Shown here piece after piece: positions 38,311-48,500 of a stretch of DNA of 64,000 nucleotides. The notes under the pieces were generated by a model that made no database searches, was not told the DNA's origin, and saw only the letters and a list, made by a program, of their open reading frames with translations. Position 1 is the stretch's first letter. Each line of letters starts with the position of its first letter. Made by a program: the position numbers and the translations under genes. Origin of the DNA: a candidate division WOR-3 bacterium (GTDB taxonomy: Bacteria; Hydrothermota; Tepidihabitantia; Tepidihabitantales; Tepidihabitantaceae). The stretch covers positions 1-64,000 of the forward strand of contig CBFGIT010000013.1 in assembly GCA_965648905.1 (NCBI GenBank), read 5' to 3'.

Positions 38311-39380
38311 TGCCAGACTCCGGGAATATGTTCACCGCAGAACCGGCACTTGCCCTGGTTCACGTTGTTCTCCAGCACTGAGAAACCGCGGCGCCTCACG
38401 AGTATCCGGCCACAGCGCGGACAGACCGTGCTTTCGTCCTGATGGCCGGGCACATTGCCGACATAGACAAACCGAAGACCCGCAGCCCGGGCAATGCGGA
38501 CCGCAGTGTCAATCGTTGTCACCGGCGTAGGCGCAAGGTTCCTGAGCCGGAAGGCCGGACTGAACCGGGTGAAGTGCACCGGCACCGTGTCACCCAGGTC
38601 GGAGACGACCCAGCGACACATCCGGCCGAGCGCAGCCGTGTCGTCATTCAGCCCGGGCACGAGCAGGTTGACCAGTTCCAGATGGGTTCCGGATTGGGCG
38701 ACAATCCGGCACGCCTCGAGCACCGGCTCAAGCGAAGAACCGCACACCTCGCGATAGAACTCCGGGGTGAAGCCCTTCAGGTCGATCTTGATGCCGTCGA
38801 CCAGGCGGCAGAGCTGCCGGAGCGGTTCCGGGTTGATGTAGCCGCCGGTCACGACCGTGGTTTTGACACCCTTGGCCCGGGCCAGCCGCGCCACGTCACA
38901 CATGTACTCGTAGAATACCACCGGCTCGGTATAGGTGAAGCAGACAATCGGCACCTGCTCCTTGACCGCCAGTGCCACGACGTCCTCGGGCGCCAGCTCG
39001 TAGCTCGGCAGGTCTTCAGGCCGGGCCTGAGAAAGCTCCCAGTTCTGGCAGTACTTGCAGCTCTGATTGCAGCCGGCAGTTGCCAGACCGATGCGCATGC
39101 TGCCCGGCAGGAAATGAAAGAACGGGGCCTTCTCGATCGGCTCGCGGGTGACCGAACACGGCCGACCATAGACCAGCGAGTACAGAACGCCGTCCTGATT
39201 CTCCCTGACCCGGCACAACCCGCGCTGGCCCGGCCCAAGCACGCAGCCGCGCGGGCACAGCTCGCAGGCAACACGTTTGTTGTCAAGGGAGCGAAAGAAC
39301 GCGGCCCGGGTTCTGGTCAGACCGTCTTTCGGTGGGACCAAGAAGAGCAGGCCGAAGGCGAGCAGGACCGCTCTGACCAT
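38307..39380 (-). CDS. amrS: AmmeMemoRadiSam system radical SAM enzyme
   Basis: CELCPRGC, G.CRVREN, PIEK.P.FHF.PG, GCNQSCKYCQNWELSQ, TYTEP, YVGNVPG, CP.CG. Confidence 0.88.
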   Translation of the reverse strand: MVRAVLLAFGLLFLVPPKDGLTRTRAAFFRSLDNKRVACELCPRGCVLGPGQRGLCRVRENQDGVLYSLVYGRPCSVTREPIEKAPFFHFLPGSMRIGLATAGCNQSCKYCQNWELSQARPEDLPSYELAPEDVVALAVKEQVPIVCFTYTEPVVFYEYMCDVARLARAKGVKTTVVTGGYINPEPLRQLCRLVDGIKIDLKGFTPEFYREVCGSSLEPVLEACRIVAQSGTHLELVNLLVPGLNDDTAALGRMCRWVVSDLGDTVPVHFTRFSPAFRLRNLAPTPVTTIDTAVRIARAAGLRFVYVGNVPGHQDESTVCPRCGRILVRRRGFSVLENNVNQGKCRFCGEHIPGVWQ

Positions 39381-39381
39381 C

Positions 39382-39822
39382 CTAGTGGCTGACCGCGACG
39401 TGGAACAGCCATCCGGCCAGCATGCCCAGACCGAAGAGCCCGGCCAGACTCGAACAGGCAACGAGCTTCGACTCGGTCGGCGCCGCGAGCACCCGGCCGT
39501 AGTCGAGAAACACCTCGGTGACCTGGCCGCGGCTGATGCTCACCTGATGGGTTCCGGCGTTCACCGCGGTCAAGGTCCAGAACGACGAAAGCCGCCGGCC
39601 GATGCTGCCGCGGCGCAGATGCCAGTAGACCATGTCCAGACTGTCATTGGAGATGATGCTGAGGTTGTAGTCACCCACCGCCACCCGGCAGCGCTCCAAG
39701 GGAGTCCGGCCGACCCGCTCGCCGTCAAGATAGAGCTCGATGCCCGGCGTGTTCGAACGAACCGTCAGATAGCCCGAATCAGGCAACTGAGCCGCAACCA
39801 GTACGAGCAGGGCAAGCGTCAC
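39382..39822 (-). CDS. PEGA domain protein with C-terminal TM helix
   Basis: GYLTVRSNTPG..LYLDG..VGRTPL; hydrophobic termini. Confidence 0.7.
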   Translation of the reverse strand: MTLALLVLVAAQLPDSGYLTVRSNTPGIELYLDGERVGRTPLERCRVAVGDYNLSIISNDSLDMVYWHLRRGSIGRRLSSFWTLTAVNAGTHQVSISRGQVTEVFLDYGRVLAAPTESKLVACSSLAGLFGLGMLAGWLFHVAVSH

Positions 39823-39868
39823 GAGTTACAGACAATACCCAAGACTGCCGCCAAGTCAATGAGTCGTG

Positions 39869-40402
39869 TCAGTCGTCCGATGCCTGGTACCAGAGGTCGA
39901 GACGAACCACGCGGTAGGCAGGGCGGTAGAGTTCGACGTAGCGGGCCGAATGGTGGCGTGCCGGGAAGCCGCAGGACCCGGCTTCAGTCACGGTTGCGGC
40001 GAGAGCATCAGCCTGTTCCGGCAGCCTGTCACGACACCAGGCAGCGGTTTCAGCAAGCCGGCCGCGCATCTGCTCCGGGCGGCCATGAACCGTGGCTGCG
40101 GTCTGAACCAGAACCCTGGTTAATCGCTCGACCGCACCGGGTCGGCCAAGCAATCGTCTGAGACTGATGCGGCCCATGAAGCCTTGCGGGTCCAGCGGCT
40201 CCTCTTCGGGCTCGATGCCGGCAGCCGTTGACAGCGATACCATTTCTTGAGCCAGCCGGCGGCGACAGGAATCAAGGTCTCTGACGATATGGCCCGGACC
40301 GAACACCGATTGATGAACCAGCTTGTAGATGTCGGCCGCCTCAAGCGCTGGATACCGGGCAAGATGCCAGTCAAGAACCGAGACCAGCGCCGGGTCAGGC
40401 AT
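39869..40402 (-). CDS. Conserved hypothetical protein
   Basis: YP.LE..DIYKLVHQSVFGPGH and HHS..Y...Y.PAYRVV look like conserved motifs; ATG overlaps the upstream stop. Confidence 0.7.
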   Translation of the reverse strand: MPDPALVSVLDWHLARYPALEAADIYKLVHQSVFGPGHIVRDLDSCRRRLAQEMVSLSTAAGIEPEEEPLDPQGFMGRISLRRLLGRPGAVERLTRVLVQTAATVHGRPEQMRGRLAETAAWCRDRLPEQADALAATVTEAGSCGFPARHHSARYVELYRPAYRVVRLDLWYQASDD

Positions 40403-40973
40403 CAGTTGACCTGACCTCGGCCGGTCGGTTACGCTGAAACAGACGCGCGAGCAGGTCCACGAGCTCGAACCCGAGACCGACTGCCGCACCGACTTTGGCG
40501 CCAATCACTGCCTGGTCCATCACGAGAAAGGCGGCAGGCTTCTGGCGCATGAACACTAGGAAGACGGCAACCATCCCGGCATAGCCCGCTGCGACGACAG
40601 CCCCCATGACAATGAACCGGCCAATCGGCACGCGGTGCAGGACCCGGAACAGATAAGACGAACTGACCAGCGCCAGTCCGACCGGAATTGTGAAGAACGC
40701 CGCGCCGACCACTGCTGACGGTCGAAGCGGCGGGTTCAGGGCAACCTCGGTCAGGTAGAGCAGCAGCAGCACGAGCATCACCGTCCCCGGCCCGCGCAAC
40801 CGGACCGAGGCATAGACGAGCGCGGCCAGGAGTCCGATTACTGGAAAACTCATAAACTGCCGCATCTGGAGCATATTGCTGCCGAGCGAAAGACGCGCGG
40901 CCGCCAGTGCTCCGGCGAGTCCGGCAACAACGTAGCCCGTGGTCAGCAGCGTGTCGCTTGCGGTCCGGGTCAT
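40395..40973 (-). CDS. Hypothetical multi-pass membrane protein
   Basis: About six hydrophobic helices; 9 nt downstream of fusA. Confidence 0.65.
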   Translation of the reverse strand: MTRTASDTLLTTGYVVAGLAGALAAARLSLGSNMLQMRQFMSFPVIGLLAALVYASVRLRGPGTVMLVLLLLYLTEVALNPPLRPSAVVGAAFFTIPVGLALVSSSYLFRVLHRVPIGRFIVMGAVVAAGYAGMVAVFLVFMRQKPAAFLVMDQAVIGAKVGAAVGLGFELVDLLARLFQRNRPAEVRSTDA

Positions 40974-40982
40974 CGCGCCGGT

Positions 40983-43073
40983 CTACTCGGCCCGTTTCCG
41001 GGCGCGCGCGGCGATGATCTCCTCGGCGATGCTGAACGGCACTGCCTGGTAGTGCTCAAAGTGCATCGTGAAACTCGCCTTGCCCTGGCTGATGTTGCGC
41101 AGCTCGGTGGCATAGCCGAACATCGTCGCCAGCGGCACCATTGAGTTGACGACTTTGGCACTGCCCTGGGTGTCCATGCCCGATATCAGACCGCGGCGGT
41201 TGCAGAGCGAACCCATGATTGCGCCGGCATACTCCTCCGGGGTCACGACATTGACGCTCATCAGCGGCTCGAGCAACTGCGGGCTGCCGGCCAGGAACGC
41301 CCGGCGGAACGCGCGGGCCGCACAGGTCCGGAACGCGATGTCGGATGAATCAACCTCGTGGTACGAACCGTCCTTCAGGGTCACGCGCACGTCAACAATC
41401 GGGAATCCGGCATAGACGCCCTTGTGCAGCACGTCGACGACGCCGCGCTCAACCGCCGGGATGTACTCCTTGGGCACCCGGCCCGATACGACCTTGTTGA
41501 CGAACTCGAACCCTTGGCCAGCCAGAAGCGGTTCCAGCGTGATGATGACGTGAGCATACTGACCCCGGCCCCCGGTCTGTTTGACGTACTTCTCATTGAC
41601 GTCGGCCGGTCCGGTTACGGTTTCGCGGTAGGCGACCTGGGGCGGACCGGTGACCACGTCAACCCCAAACTCGCGTTTGAGCCGGTCGACGATAATCTCC
41701 AGATGCAGCTCACCCATGCCCGAGACAACCGTCTCTTCGGTCTCGTGGTCGGACGTGACGATGAACGTCGGGTCCTCTTCAGCCAGACGCGAAAGCCCGT
41801 GGGCCAGCTTCTCACGGTCCTTCCGCTCGGTGCTGCCGACTGCCATCGACAGGACCGGGGCCGGGAACTCGATTGCCTGGAGCACGATCGGCGCCTCGCG
41901 GATGCAGAGCGTGTCGCCGGTGACGGTATCAGCCAGGCCGACGACCGCGCCGATTTCGCCCGAATAGAGTGCGTCGACCATCTCCTGCCGGTTCGCGTGC
42001 ATCCGGAGCAGACGGCCGACCCGCTGGTCCTTCTGCCGGGTCGAGTTGTAGACATAGGAACCGGCCCGGAGCGTACCGGAATAGACCCGGACATAGACCA
42101 GCTTGCCGATGTGCTTGTCGGCCACGACCTTGAACGCGAGCGCAGCCAGCCGGCCGTCATCCCACGGCACTCGAATCACCTCTTCGCCGCTCGGATGTAC
42201 ACCGACCGTCGGCAGCAGGTCAATCGGGCTCGGCAGATAGGAGACGACCGCATCGAGCAGCCGCTGGATGCCTTTGTTCTTGAACGCCGACCCGCAGATG
42301 ACCGGGCAGACAAGGTGCTTCAGGGTTGCGCCCCGAATCGCGGCCGAGAGTTCGGTGCGGCTGACCGGCTCATCGTGCAGGAACTTCTCCAGCAGCCGGT
42401 CATCGAATTCGCTCACCTTTTCGAGCAGATGCTGCTTCCAGTGCCGGGCTTCATCTTTCATCACTTCCGGGACCGGCTCATCGCGCCAGGTCATGCCCTG
42501 GTCGGTCTCGTCGTAGTAGACCGCAGCGTCGTCAACCAGGTCAATGATGCCGGCGAAGTTCTCTTCGGCACCAATCGGAATCGTCACCGGCACCGAGTTC
42601 GCACCCAGGTCCCGGGCAATCTCCTCAACGACCGCGTAGAAGTCAGCGCCGGGCCGGTCCATCTTGTTCACGAAAGCGATTCTCGGCACCGAGTACTTCT
42701 CGGCCTGGCGCCAGACCGTCTCGGACTGCGGCTCGACCCCGCCGACCGCGCAGAACAACCCGATAACGCCGTCCAGCACCCGCAGGCTGCGTTCCACCTC
42801 GACCGTGAAATCGACGTGGCCGGGCGTATCAATCAGGTTGATCTGGTGGCCGCGCCAGACCGTGGTCGTGGCGGCACTGGTGATGGTGATGCCCCGCTCG
42901 CGCTCCTGCTCCATCCAATCCATCACCGCCTCACCGTCGTGGACCTCGCCCAGCTTGTGCGAGCGGCCGGTATAGAACAGGATTCGTTCGGACACCGTCG
43001 TCTTGCCGGCGTCGATGTGTGCCATGATGCCGATGTTGCGCACATTCTCAATCGGGTAGAGACGTGACGTCAT
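40983..43073 (-). CDS. fusA: Elongation factor G (copy outside the str operon)
   Basis: [57 protein letters not shown]. Confidence 0.96.
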   Translation of the reverse strand: MTSRLYPIENVRNIGIMAHIDAGKTTVSERILFYTGRSHKLGEVHDGEAVMDWMEQERERGITITSAATTTVWRGHQINLIDTPGHVDFTVEVERSLRVLDGVIGLFCAVGGVEPQSETVWRQAEKYSVPRIAFVNKMDRPGADFYAVVEEIARDLGANSVPVTIPIGAEENFAGIIDLVDDAAVYYDETDQGMTWRDEPVPEVMKDEARHWKQHLLEKVSEFDDRLLEKFLHDEPVSRTELSAAIRGATLKHLVCPVICGSAFKNKGIQRLLDAVVSYLPSPIDLLPTVGVHPSGEEVIRVPWDDGRLAALAFKVVADKHIGKLVYVRVYSGTLRAGSYVYNSTRQKDQRVGRLLRMHANRQEMVDALYSGEIGAVVGLADTVTGDTLCIREAPIVLQAIEFPAPVLSMAVGSTERKDREKLAHGLSRLAEEDPTFIVTSDHETEETVVSGMGELHLEIIVDRLKREFGVDVVTGPPQVAYRETVTGPADVNEKYVKQTGGRGQYAHVIITLEPLLAGQGFEFVNKVVSGRVPKEYIPAVERGVVDVLHKGVYAGFPIVDVRVTLKDGSYHEVDSSDIAFRTCAARAFRRAFLAGSPQLLEPLMSVNVVTPEEYAGAIMGSLCNRRGLISGMDTQGSAKVVNSMVPLATMFGYATELRNISQGKASFTMHFEHYQAVPFSIAEEIIAARARKRAE

Positions 43074-43077
43074 AACG

Positions 43078-43977
43078 CTAGAGACCGACGACCTTGACGG
43101 CGAACTCCTTCGCCTCTTCCTGACTGGCCGCGATGTGGTTCAGGAACAGACCGATGCCGCTCCGGCGCAGCCAGTAGTTGCCGTTGCTGATGACAATCAG
43201 CCCGCGTCGGACCCAGTCGTGGACCACCCGCTCGTCCTTCGACAACTCGACATAAGTCCGGAAGTCATCAACCGGCTTGTGCGTGTCCCGGTCGAGGACA
43301 AAGGCAATGAGCACGAGCGGGAAGGTCCGGACGTCGAACCGGAACGCGGGTGGAAAACCGGGCCGCGCCGGAATCACGTCAATCGAGGTGATATTGCCCG
43401 GCGCGAGGATCCGCTCAATGTTCAATTCCGGTGTGAACCCGAGACGGTTGGCAATCACGCCCATGCCCATGTTCTGCAGTTCGACGTCCTTGTCGCCCGG
43501 CTTGAGCAGACGCACCATCCGAATCTTGAACGTCGCCTTGTCCTGCTGCTTGAGCAGCTCGTGGAAAACGTGCACGGCCATGATCGACGCCAGCCCCTTA
43601 CGCCTGAACTCCTCCTTAACCCCGATGTCCCAGAAGACCACGCCCCGCCCCGGCGGGTCGCGCTCGACATAGGTCTGACCGATGCGCTGGCCGTAGTAGT
43701 ACATGAACACACTGGCTGCGTCGTCCTTGATTTCGGTAACCAGTTCGAACTCCTGACCGGCCAGCTCCCCTTCGAGGACACGAATGTGGGCCGGGCTGAA
43801 CCACTCGTACTCAGGCCCGATCCGGGCCGGAGTCCATACCAGGTTCCTGGGCGACGGACCGAGCAGACTCCCGAGCGACTCAAGAAACCGCTGCCTCAGC
43901 CGATTCACTGCGCCCACCCCGACTGCGGCGCGTGGTTCGAAGCAGAAGATGGCAGCCAGACGTTCATCAGAAGACAA
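43078..43977 (-). CDS. Hypothetical protein with a GNAT-like segment (start uncertain)
   Basis: [16 protein letters not shown] resembles GNAT motif A (R/Q-x-x-G-x-A/G); coding-like codon usage; 4 nt upstream of fusA. Confidence 0.55.
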   Translation of the reverse strand: MSSDERLAAIFCFEPRAAVGVGAVNRLRQRFLESLGSLLGPSPRNLVWTPARIGPEYEWFSPAHIRVLEGELAGQEFELVTEIKDDAASVFMYYYGQRIGQTYVERDPPGRGVVFWDIGVKEEFRRKGLASIMAVHVFHELLKQQDKATFKIRMVRLLKPGDKDVELQNMGMGVIANRLGFTPELNIERILAPGNITSIDVIPARPGFPPAFRFDVRTFPLVLIAFVLDRDTHKPVDDFRTYVELSKDERVVHDWVRRGLIVISNGNYWLRRSGIGLFLNHIAASQEEAKEFAVKVVGL

Positions 43978-44120
43978 CTATGCCTGAATCAACACCGCAG
44001 TCAAGGCTTGCCGGCTTCGGCTCGGCCGGGCCTCGTCCTGCCGCCGCTGGTCGGACTCAAGCCGCCGACTCGTCCCGGCCTGATTTGACAACTCCGGCCC
44101 ACAGAATAAGATTAGCTCTC

Positions 44121-44196
44121 GGGCTCGTAGTGTAGCTTGGTTTAACACGTCGCCCTGTCACGGCGAAGATCGCCAGTTCAAATCTGGTCGAGCCCG
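44121..44196 (+). tRNA. tRNA-Asp(GTC), CCA not encoded
   Basis: GGGCTCG/CGAGCCC acceptor, TCGCC-ctGTCac-GGCGA, GCCAG-TTCAAAT-CTGGT; promoter TTGACA(44085)-16-TAAGAT. Confidence 0.95.
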
Positions 44197-44197
44197 T

Positions 44198-45013
44198 TTG
44201 TCGCTGAGCATCGGCCGCGCCCACGCTGTCTTGTTTGCGCTGGGCGCGGCCTCGCTGCTTCTGGGCAATCGCCCGATGGCCGACAACTACGAACTTTCGC
44301 TGCGGGTCCAGGGCTTCACTGAGGCACTGGTCCGCCGGGATACCCGGGCCGCCTATCGATTGTTCAACGATGCGTTTCGGAGCGAGGTATCTTTTGCCCG
44401 GTTCGATTCTGCGCTGCGAAGCTGGTACGGAACCGGCCGGGTGGTGAAGGCACAGCACAAAGTCGTGGACATCCAGGGTCCAACCGGGGCGGTCTCAACG
44501 TGGGTGGTTTTCGAGGGCGAGCGCGATTCGCGCTACCTGTTTCAGAGCTGGCTGCTCAACCGAAACACTTGGGAGCTGGTCTGGGTCTCAAGGATTCTTG
44601 ACGAATCGTTCCAGTACGGGCGGAGCGACACTCTCGAGTTGCGTCGGGTCGCCCAAGCAGCGCTACGTCACGCCCTGACTCCGCCGATTCTCGCGCGCCT
44701 CAGCGGCCGGCCCCGGCGACCGGACACGATTGTGCTGGTTCGACTCGGTCAGCCTGAGGAAACGGACATGTCGGTCGAAGGCGCGAAGATGGTCTGGCTG
44801 CTGCCCGAAGAAATCAGCGACCTGGCCATCCTACCTCGGGTCCCGTTCTACGTCGGCTTCGGCATTGTTCGCGTCTTTGGTGACATTGCCGAGGCTGCGG
44901 TTGACTTCTACCCAACACCGTACGGCCGTCTGCCCCGACGCCAGTCGGTGAAGGTACTGCTCCGGCGGTCGGCCGACGGCTGGCGTTACACTCACGCGAT
45001 GCGGGTCTGGTAG
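44198..45013 (+). CDS. Hypothetical exported protein, NTF2-like N-terminal half (start uncertain)
   Basis: Hydrophobic N-terminus, 'F.EAL...D..AAY.LF...FR' pattern; 3 nt before the next gene. Confidence 0.55.
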   Translation: MSLSIGRAHAVLFALGAASLLLGNRPMADNYELSLRVQGFTEALVRRDTRAAYRLFNDAFRSEVSFARFDSALRSWYGTGRVVKAQHKVVDIQGPTGAVSTWVVFEGERDSRYLFQSWLLNRNTWELVWVSRILDESFQYGRSDTLELRRVAQAALRHALTPPILARLSGRPRRPDTIVLVRLGQPEETDMSVEGAKMVWLLPEEISDLAILPRVPFYVGFGIVRVFGDIAEAAVDFYPTPYGRLPRRQSVKVLLRRSADGWRYTHAMRVW

Positions 45014-45016
45014 TTC

Positions 45017-47089
45017 ATGCGAGCCGCACCAGTGCAGTCGGTGCCGCCGAGTGACGCCGGCCGGCAGCTTCGTCTCATCCTGCTGCTTGTGGGACTCCTC
45101 CACCTGGTCGGCTGCCCGGCAGAAGACACCACTCCGCCGACGGTTGAAATCCTGACACCAGTCGCCGGTGACACCGTCTCCGGCATTGTACCGATTCGGG
45201 TGAAGGCAACTGACAACCGCGGCGTGGTCCAGGTTCAGTTCCTGATTGACGGCAACCTGCTCGGCATCGACTCCTTGCCGGACCAGAACGTCTTCGCTTT
45301 GAGCTGGAATGCTGCCGGGTTGGCTCCAGGTTCGGCCCGCGTTGTCGGCTGCGCAGCGCTCGACCGTGCCGGTAACCGCGCCGCGGCCGAGGTCGAGGTA
45401 TTCATCAACCCCGCTGCCGGCACCCGTCATCGCGGTCCGATTACCGCGCCCGAAACCTGGACCGCGGCTGGCAACCCCCACGTGGTCGAAGCAGACTTGT
45501 CCGTCGAGACGCGGCTCGCGCTTGAACCGGGCGTGGTTGTGCTGGTTGCTGACCGGGCCAGGATTACTGCCGGCAGTCGGTATCCGGCTGCAATCGTCTG
45601 CCGGGGCCAGCCCGACTCCGGGATCACCATCACGGCGCTCTCCTCAAGCCCGGGCCCGGGAGCCTGGCAGGGGATCGAGCTGCTGAGTAATTGCCAACCG
45701 GACAGCTCGGTCTTCGAATACTGCACCATCGAGTGTGGCGGCGGCAATGGTCGGGCTCTGGTTTCGAGCGACGGAGCGCGACCGGCCCTGAAGAACTGCG
45801 TGCTCCGCCGCGGCGCCGGTTCAGGCGTGGTTGCGACCCGGCTCGGGTTCAACCTGTTCACCAACAACGTAGTCAGCGACTGCGCCGGGTTCCCGGTATC
45901 GGTCGATGCCGGCTCGGTCTCAACCATCGGAACGAACAACAATCTCACCGGCAATGCCCTCCGCGCTATCGAGGTCACCGGCGGCAGGCTTACCGTTTCG
46001 ACCAACTGGCCCAATCGGTTTCTGCCCTACTGCGTTACTTCGACCGTGACGGTTGCCGGTGATTCCAACCCGCTTCTGACGATTGCCCCGGGCTGCTCCC
46101 TGCTTTTCGCCGACAGCGTCCGTCTGCGCATCGGCGCGGGCGCACCGGGTGGACTGGCGGCCGACGGCTCGTATGGGCGGATTGTCTTCGGGCCGTTCTC
46201 GCCCGCTCCGGCACCAGGTTCCTGGCGTGGCATCGAGTTCTGGGAAAGGACCGATGTCAACCGCACCGTGCTCCGTTTCTGTCGGGTGGAGTATGCGGGT
46301 CTTGCCGGTTCGGCCGCGGTGGCGTGCTACTCGGCTCCGATCACGCTGACCGGCTGCTGCATCAGCTCCGGAGCCGGCGACGGACTCCTCTGCACCAATT
46401 GCGGATTCATCAGTCTGGAGTACGACACGGTCGTCAACTGCGCCGGCTATCCGCTGCGCATCGGTGCGGCCTTTGTCGCCTCGCTCGGCGCAGGCAACGC
46501 TTTCACCGGCAACGGTCGCGACAGTATTCTCGTGCTCGGCGGCACAATCACCCGCAACGCCCAGTGGCGACGCCACGACGTCCCCTATTCTGTCAAGGGC
46601 ATGGTCGAGGTCGGCTCGGCCGACGAACCGGTCCTGACGATCGACCCGGGCGTCCGGCTCTGCTTCACCGATTCCGGGCTCGCGGTGGGCCGGCGCTACC
46701 GCGCGACCCTGACCGCGGTCGGACTACCCGACTCGATTATCTTCACCGGTGCTGTGTCGGTCCCCGGAGCCTGGCGCGGAGTTGAGCTGCATGCGTATGC
46801 TGACAACCGCTCGCGCCTTTTCCGCTGTTGCCTGCGCTACGGCGGCAGCAGCGGCCGGGGCATACTCTATGTCGACAGTTGTGTCCCGAGCGTGCTTGAA
46901 AACGAAGTCGCCTACTCTGGCAGCTACTGCGCGTACCTGTGGAACACCGACCTCGAAGCCGACTCGCTCATCGCCCACAACTGGCTGCACGACCCGGCAC
47001 CGGGTTATGACACCGTGTTCGAGGGCGGGCGGACGACTACAGCTCGGCCAGCAGGTCCTCGTAGACTCCCAGCAGGTCGGTTTCGATAA
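45017..47089 (+). CDS. Lipoprotein with Ig-like (Big) domain and right-handed beta-helix repeats
   Basis: Lipobox LVGC, DTTPPTV...ATDNRGV..V.F.IDG; three repeats of 'L.IdPG..l.f....l..G....l.a.G......PG.W.GI'. Confidence 0.75.
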   Translation: MRAAPVQSVPPSDAGRQLRLILLLVGLLHLVGCPAEDTTPPTVEILTPVAGDTVSGIVPIRVKATDNRGVVQVQFLIDGNLLGIDSLPDQNVFALSWNAAGLAPGSARVVGCAALDRAGNRAAAEVEVFINPAAGTRHRGPITAPETWTAAGNPHVVEADLSVETRLALEPGVVVLVADRARITAGSRYPAAIVCRGQPDSGITITALSSSPGPGAWQGIELLSNCQPDSSVFEYCTIECGGGNGRALVSSDGARPALKNCVLRRGAGSGVVATRLGFNLFTNNVVSDCAGFPVSVDAGSVSTIGTNNNLTGNALRAIEVTGGRLTVSTNWPNRFLPYCVTSTVTVAGDSNPLLTIAPGCSLLFADSVRLRIGAGAPGGLAADGSYGRIVFGPFSPAPAPGSWRGIEFWERTDVNRTVLRFCRVEYAGLAGSAAVACYSAPITLTGCCISSGAGDGLLCTNCGFISLEYDTVVNCAGYPLRIGAAFVASLGAGNAFTGNGRDSILVLGGTITRNAQWRRHDVPYSVKGMVEVGSADEPVLTIDPGVRLCFTDSGLAVGRRYRATLTAVGLPDSIIFTGAVSVPGAWRGVELHAYADNRSRLFRCCLRYGGSSGRGILYVDSCVPSVLENEVAYSGSYCAYLWNTDLEADSLIAHNWLHDPAPGYDTVFEGGRTTTARPAGPRRLPAGRFR

Positions 47090-48278
47090 GCTCGATCTCC
47101 TGGAAGGCTACGGCCAGCTTTTCCTGATCTTTGACCGAGCCCGGACGGACTCCGCTCCGAACGATGCCGTCGAGCTTGGCGATGATCGCGACATTGTCTG
47201 CGATCGCATCGTCAAGCAGGACCGCCAGTTCCGGCAGCGCCTCGCGCATGTCGGCGAAAAACCGGTTGGCGCTTTCCCGGTTCGCGCGCAGTGTCCAAAG
47301 CAGCCGATCAAAGTCGGCCTGGCTGCCGGTCCCACACACCGGACAGAACGGCACTGTGTCCAACGCGCCAATCAGCAGGTCATACGCGGCAATACCTGAC
47401 TGCCAGCCGGTGTCGGCAAAGGCCTGGCCCAGCTCCAGGGCGCGGACCAGCACCTCGGACAACACGGTCTCCGGGTCCTCCTCGGCATTGCCCACGCGCC
47501 GCACCTCGTAAGCCTGGATGATGTCACCGGTCAGCGGCAGCTCGTCGGCCGAACCAAGGCTGTAGCCGTAGATTAGCGAGTCGTCCGGGTCGTAGCGCAC
47601 CGCCACACCCCAGTAGTCTACCTTCTCATCAGGCCACCCGCCCTGCACGAGCACGGTTCGGCCGCGGCTGAGTGCCGTTTTGATGAGCGCGACTGGAGAT
47701 CCACCCAAGCCGGTGGTGTCACGCTGGTAGACCAGCCCGAGCGAGAGTCCGGCCATCGCGGCCGCATCACGCAGATAGACCCCGGACGTACCACCAGGCC
47801 AAGAAGAAACACAGGTCCCGGTCCGTGCCGTAAAGGTGAACGACTCCCCGGTCAATGCGGCCAGCCAGTCGTAATCCGCGGTTGCGCCCATGTAGTTGAG
47901 AACGTCCTCCAGGGCGACAGCGAGGCTGCTCGAATAACGCCCGACCTCAGGCATGAACCCCAACTCACCGGGCTGAACCGACAGCGTAATCTCCTCATCA
48001 CCTCGCAGCAGAACCAGCGGCACAGCACTGCCCGAGCTGGTCTGCTCGACAATGAGCTGCCGCAAGTCGTCGTTGCTCTTGACCACCACGTCGTTGTAGG
48101 AGATGACCAGGTCTCCGGGCTGAAAACCGAGCCGCTCGGCCTGACTTCCGGGCAGGACCTGCCAAACAATAGGCCGTGCGACGCGCTCGTAGACCACGCC
48201 GGGCGGAGAGCCGATTTCACCCCGGCGGCAGACCACGCCCGCCACGAGCGCGACCGCGACCAAGAAACTTCTTTTCAT
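47037..48278 (-). CDS. Exported PDZ-domain protein
   Basis: V.PGSQAERLGFQPGDLVISYN (PDZ) after a signal peptide; SD AAGGAG. Confidence 0.7.
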   Translation of the reverse strand: MKRSFLVAVALVAGVVCRRGEIGSPPGVVYERVARPIVWQVLPGSQAERLGFQPGDLVISYNDVVVKSNDDLRQLIVEQTSSGSAVPLVLLRGDEEITLSVQPGELGFMPEVGRYSSSLAVALEDVLNYMGATADYDWLAALTGESFTFTARTGTCVSSWPGGTSGVYLRDAAAMAGLSLGLVYQRDTTGLGGSPVALIKTALSRGRTVLVQGGWPDEKVDYWGVAVRYDPDDSLIYGYSLGSADELPLTGDIIQAYEVRRVGNAEEDPETVLSEVLVRALELGQAFADTGWQSGIAAYDLLIGALDTVPFCPVCGTGSQADFDRLLWTLRANRESANRFFADMREALPELAVLLDDAIADNVAIIAKLDGIVRSGVRPGSVKDQEKLAVAFQEIELIETDLLGVYEDLLAEL

Positions 48279-48500
48279 CGGGAACTCCTTCTACGCCATG
48301 CGTACCGCGCTCCACCGCCACTCACGGCGTGGAGTGCAGGCCGTCCGGCGTCCTGGGTTTGTGCCAGTACCATAACTGCCAACTAGTCATGCAATTATGC
48401 GTCTGGAATCACCAAAAGGCAAGGGAAATCTTGCCCGACCATCAAGGCCGGGCTGCACAGCTCGAGCGACGAAGACCCGATGGGCAGCCGAGCGCTGCGG

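Noticed and set aside
41358..43067. Long antisense ORFs (also 13548-14777, 22425-23714, 27373-28494, 61528-62538)
   Set aside because: Shadow frames of well-supported genes in high-GC DNA, with no recognisable motifs.
28822..44196. tRNA-anchored genomic island or prophage
   Set aside because: No integrase, no duplicated tRNA 3' end noticed, and the flanking genes are chromosomal in character.
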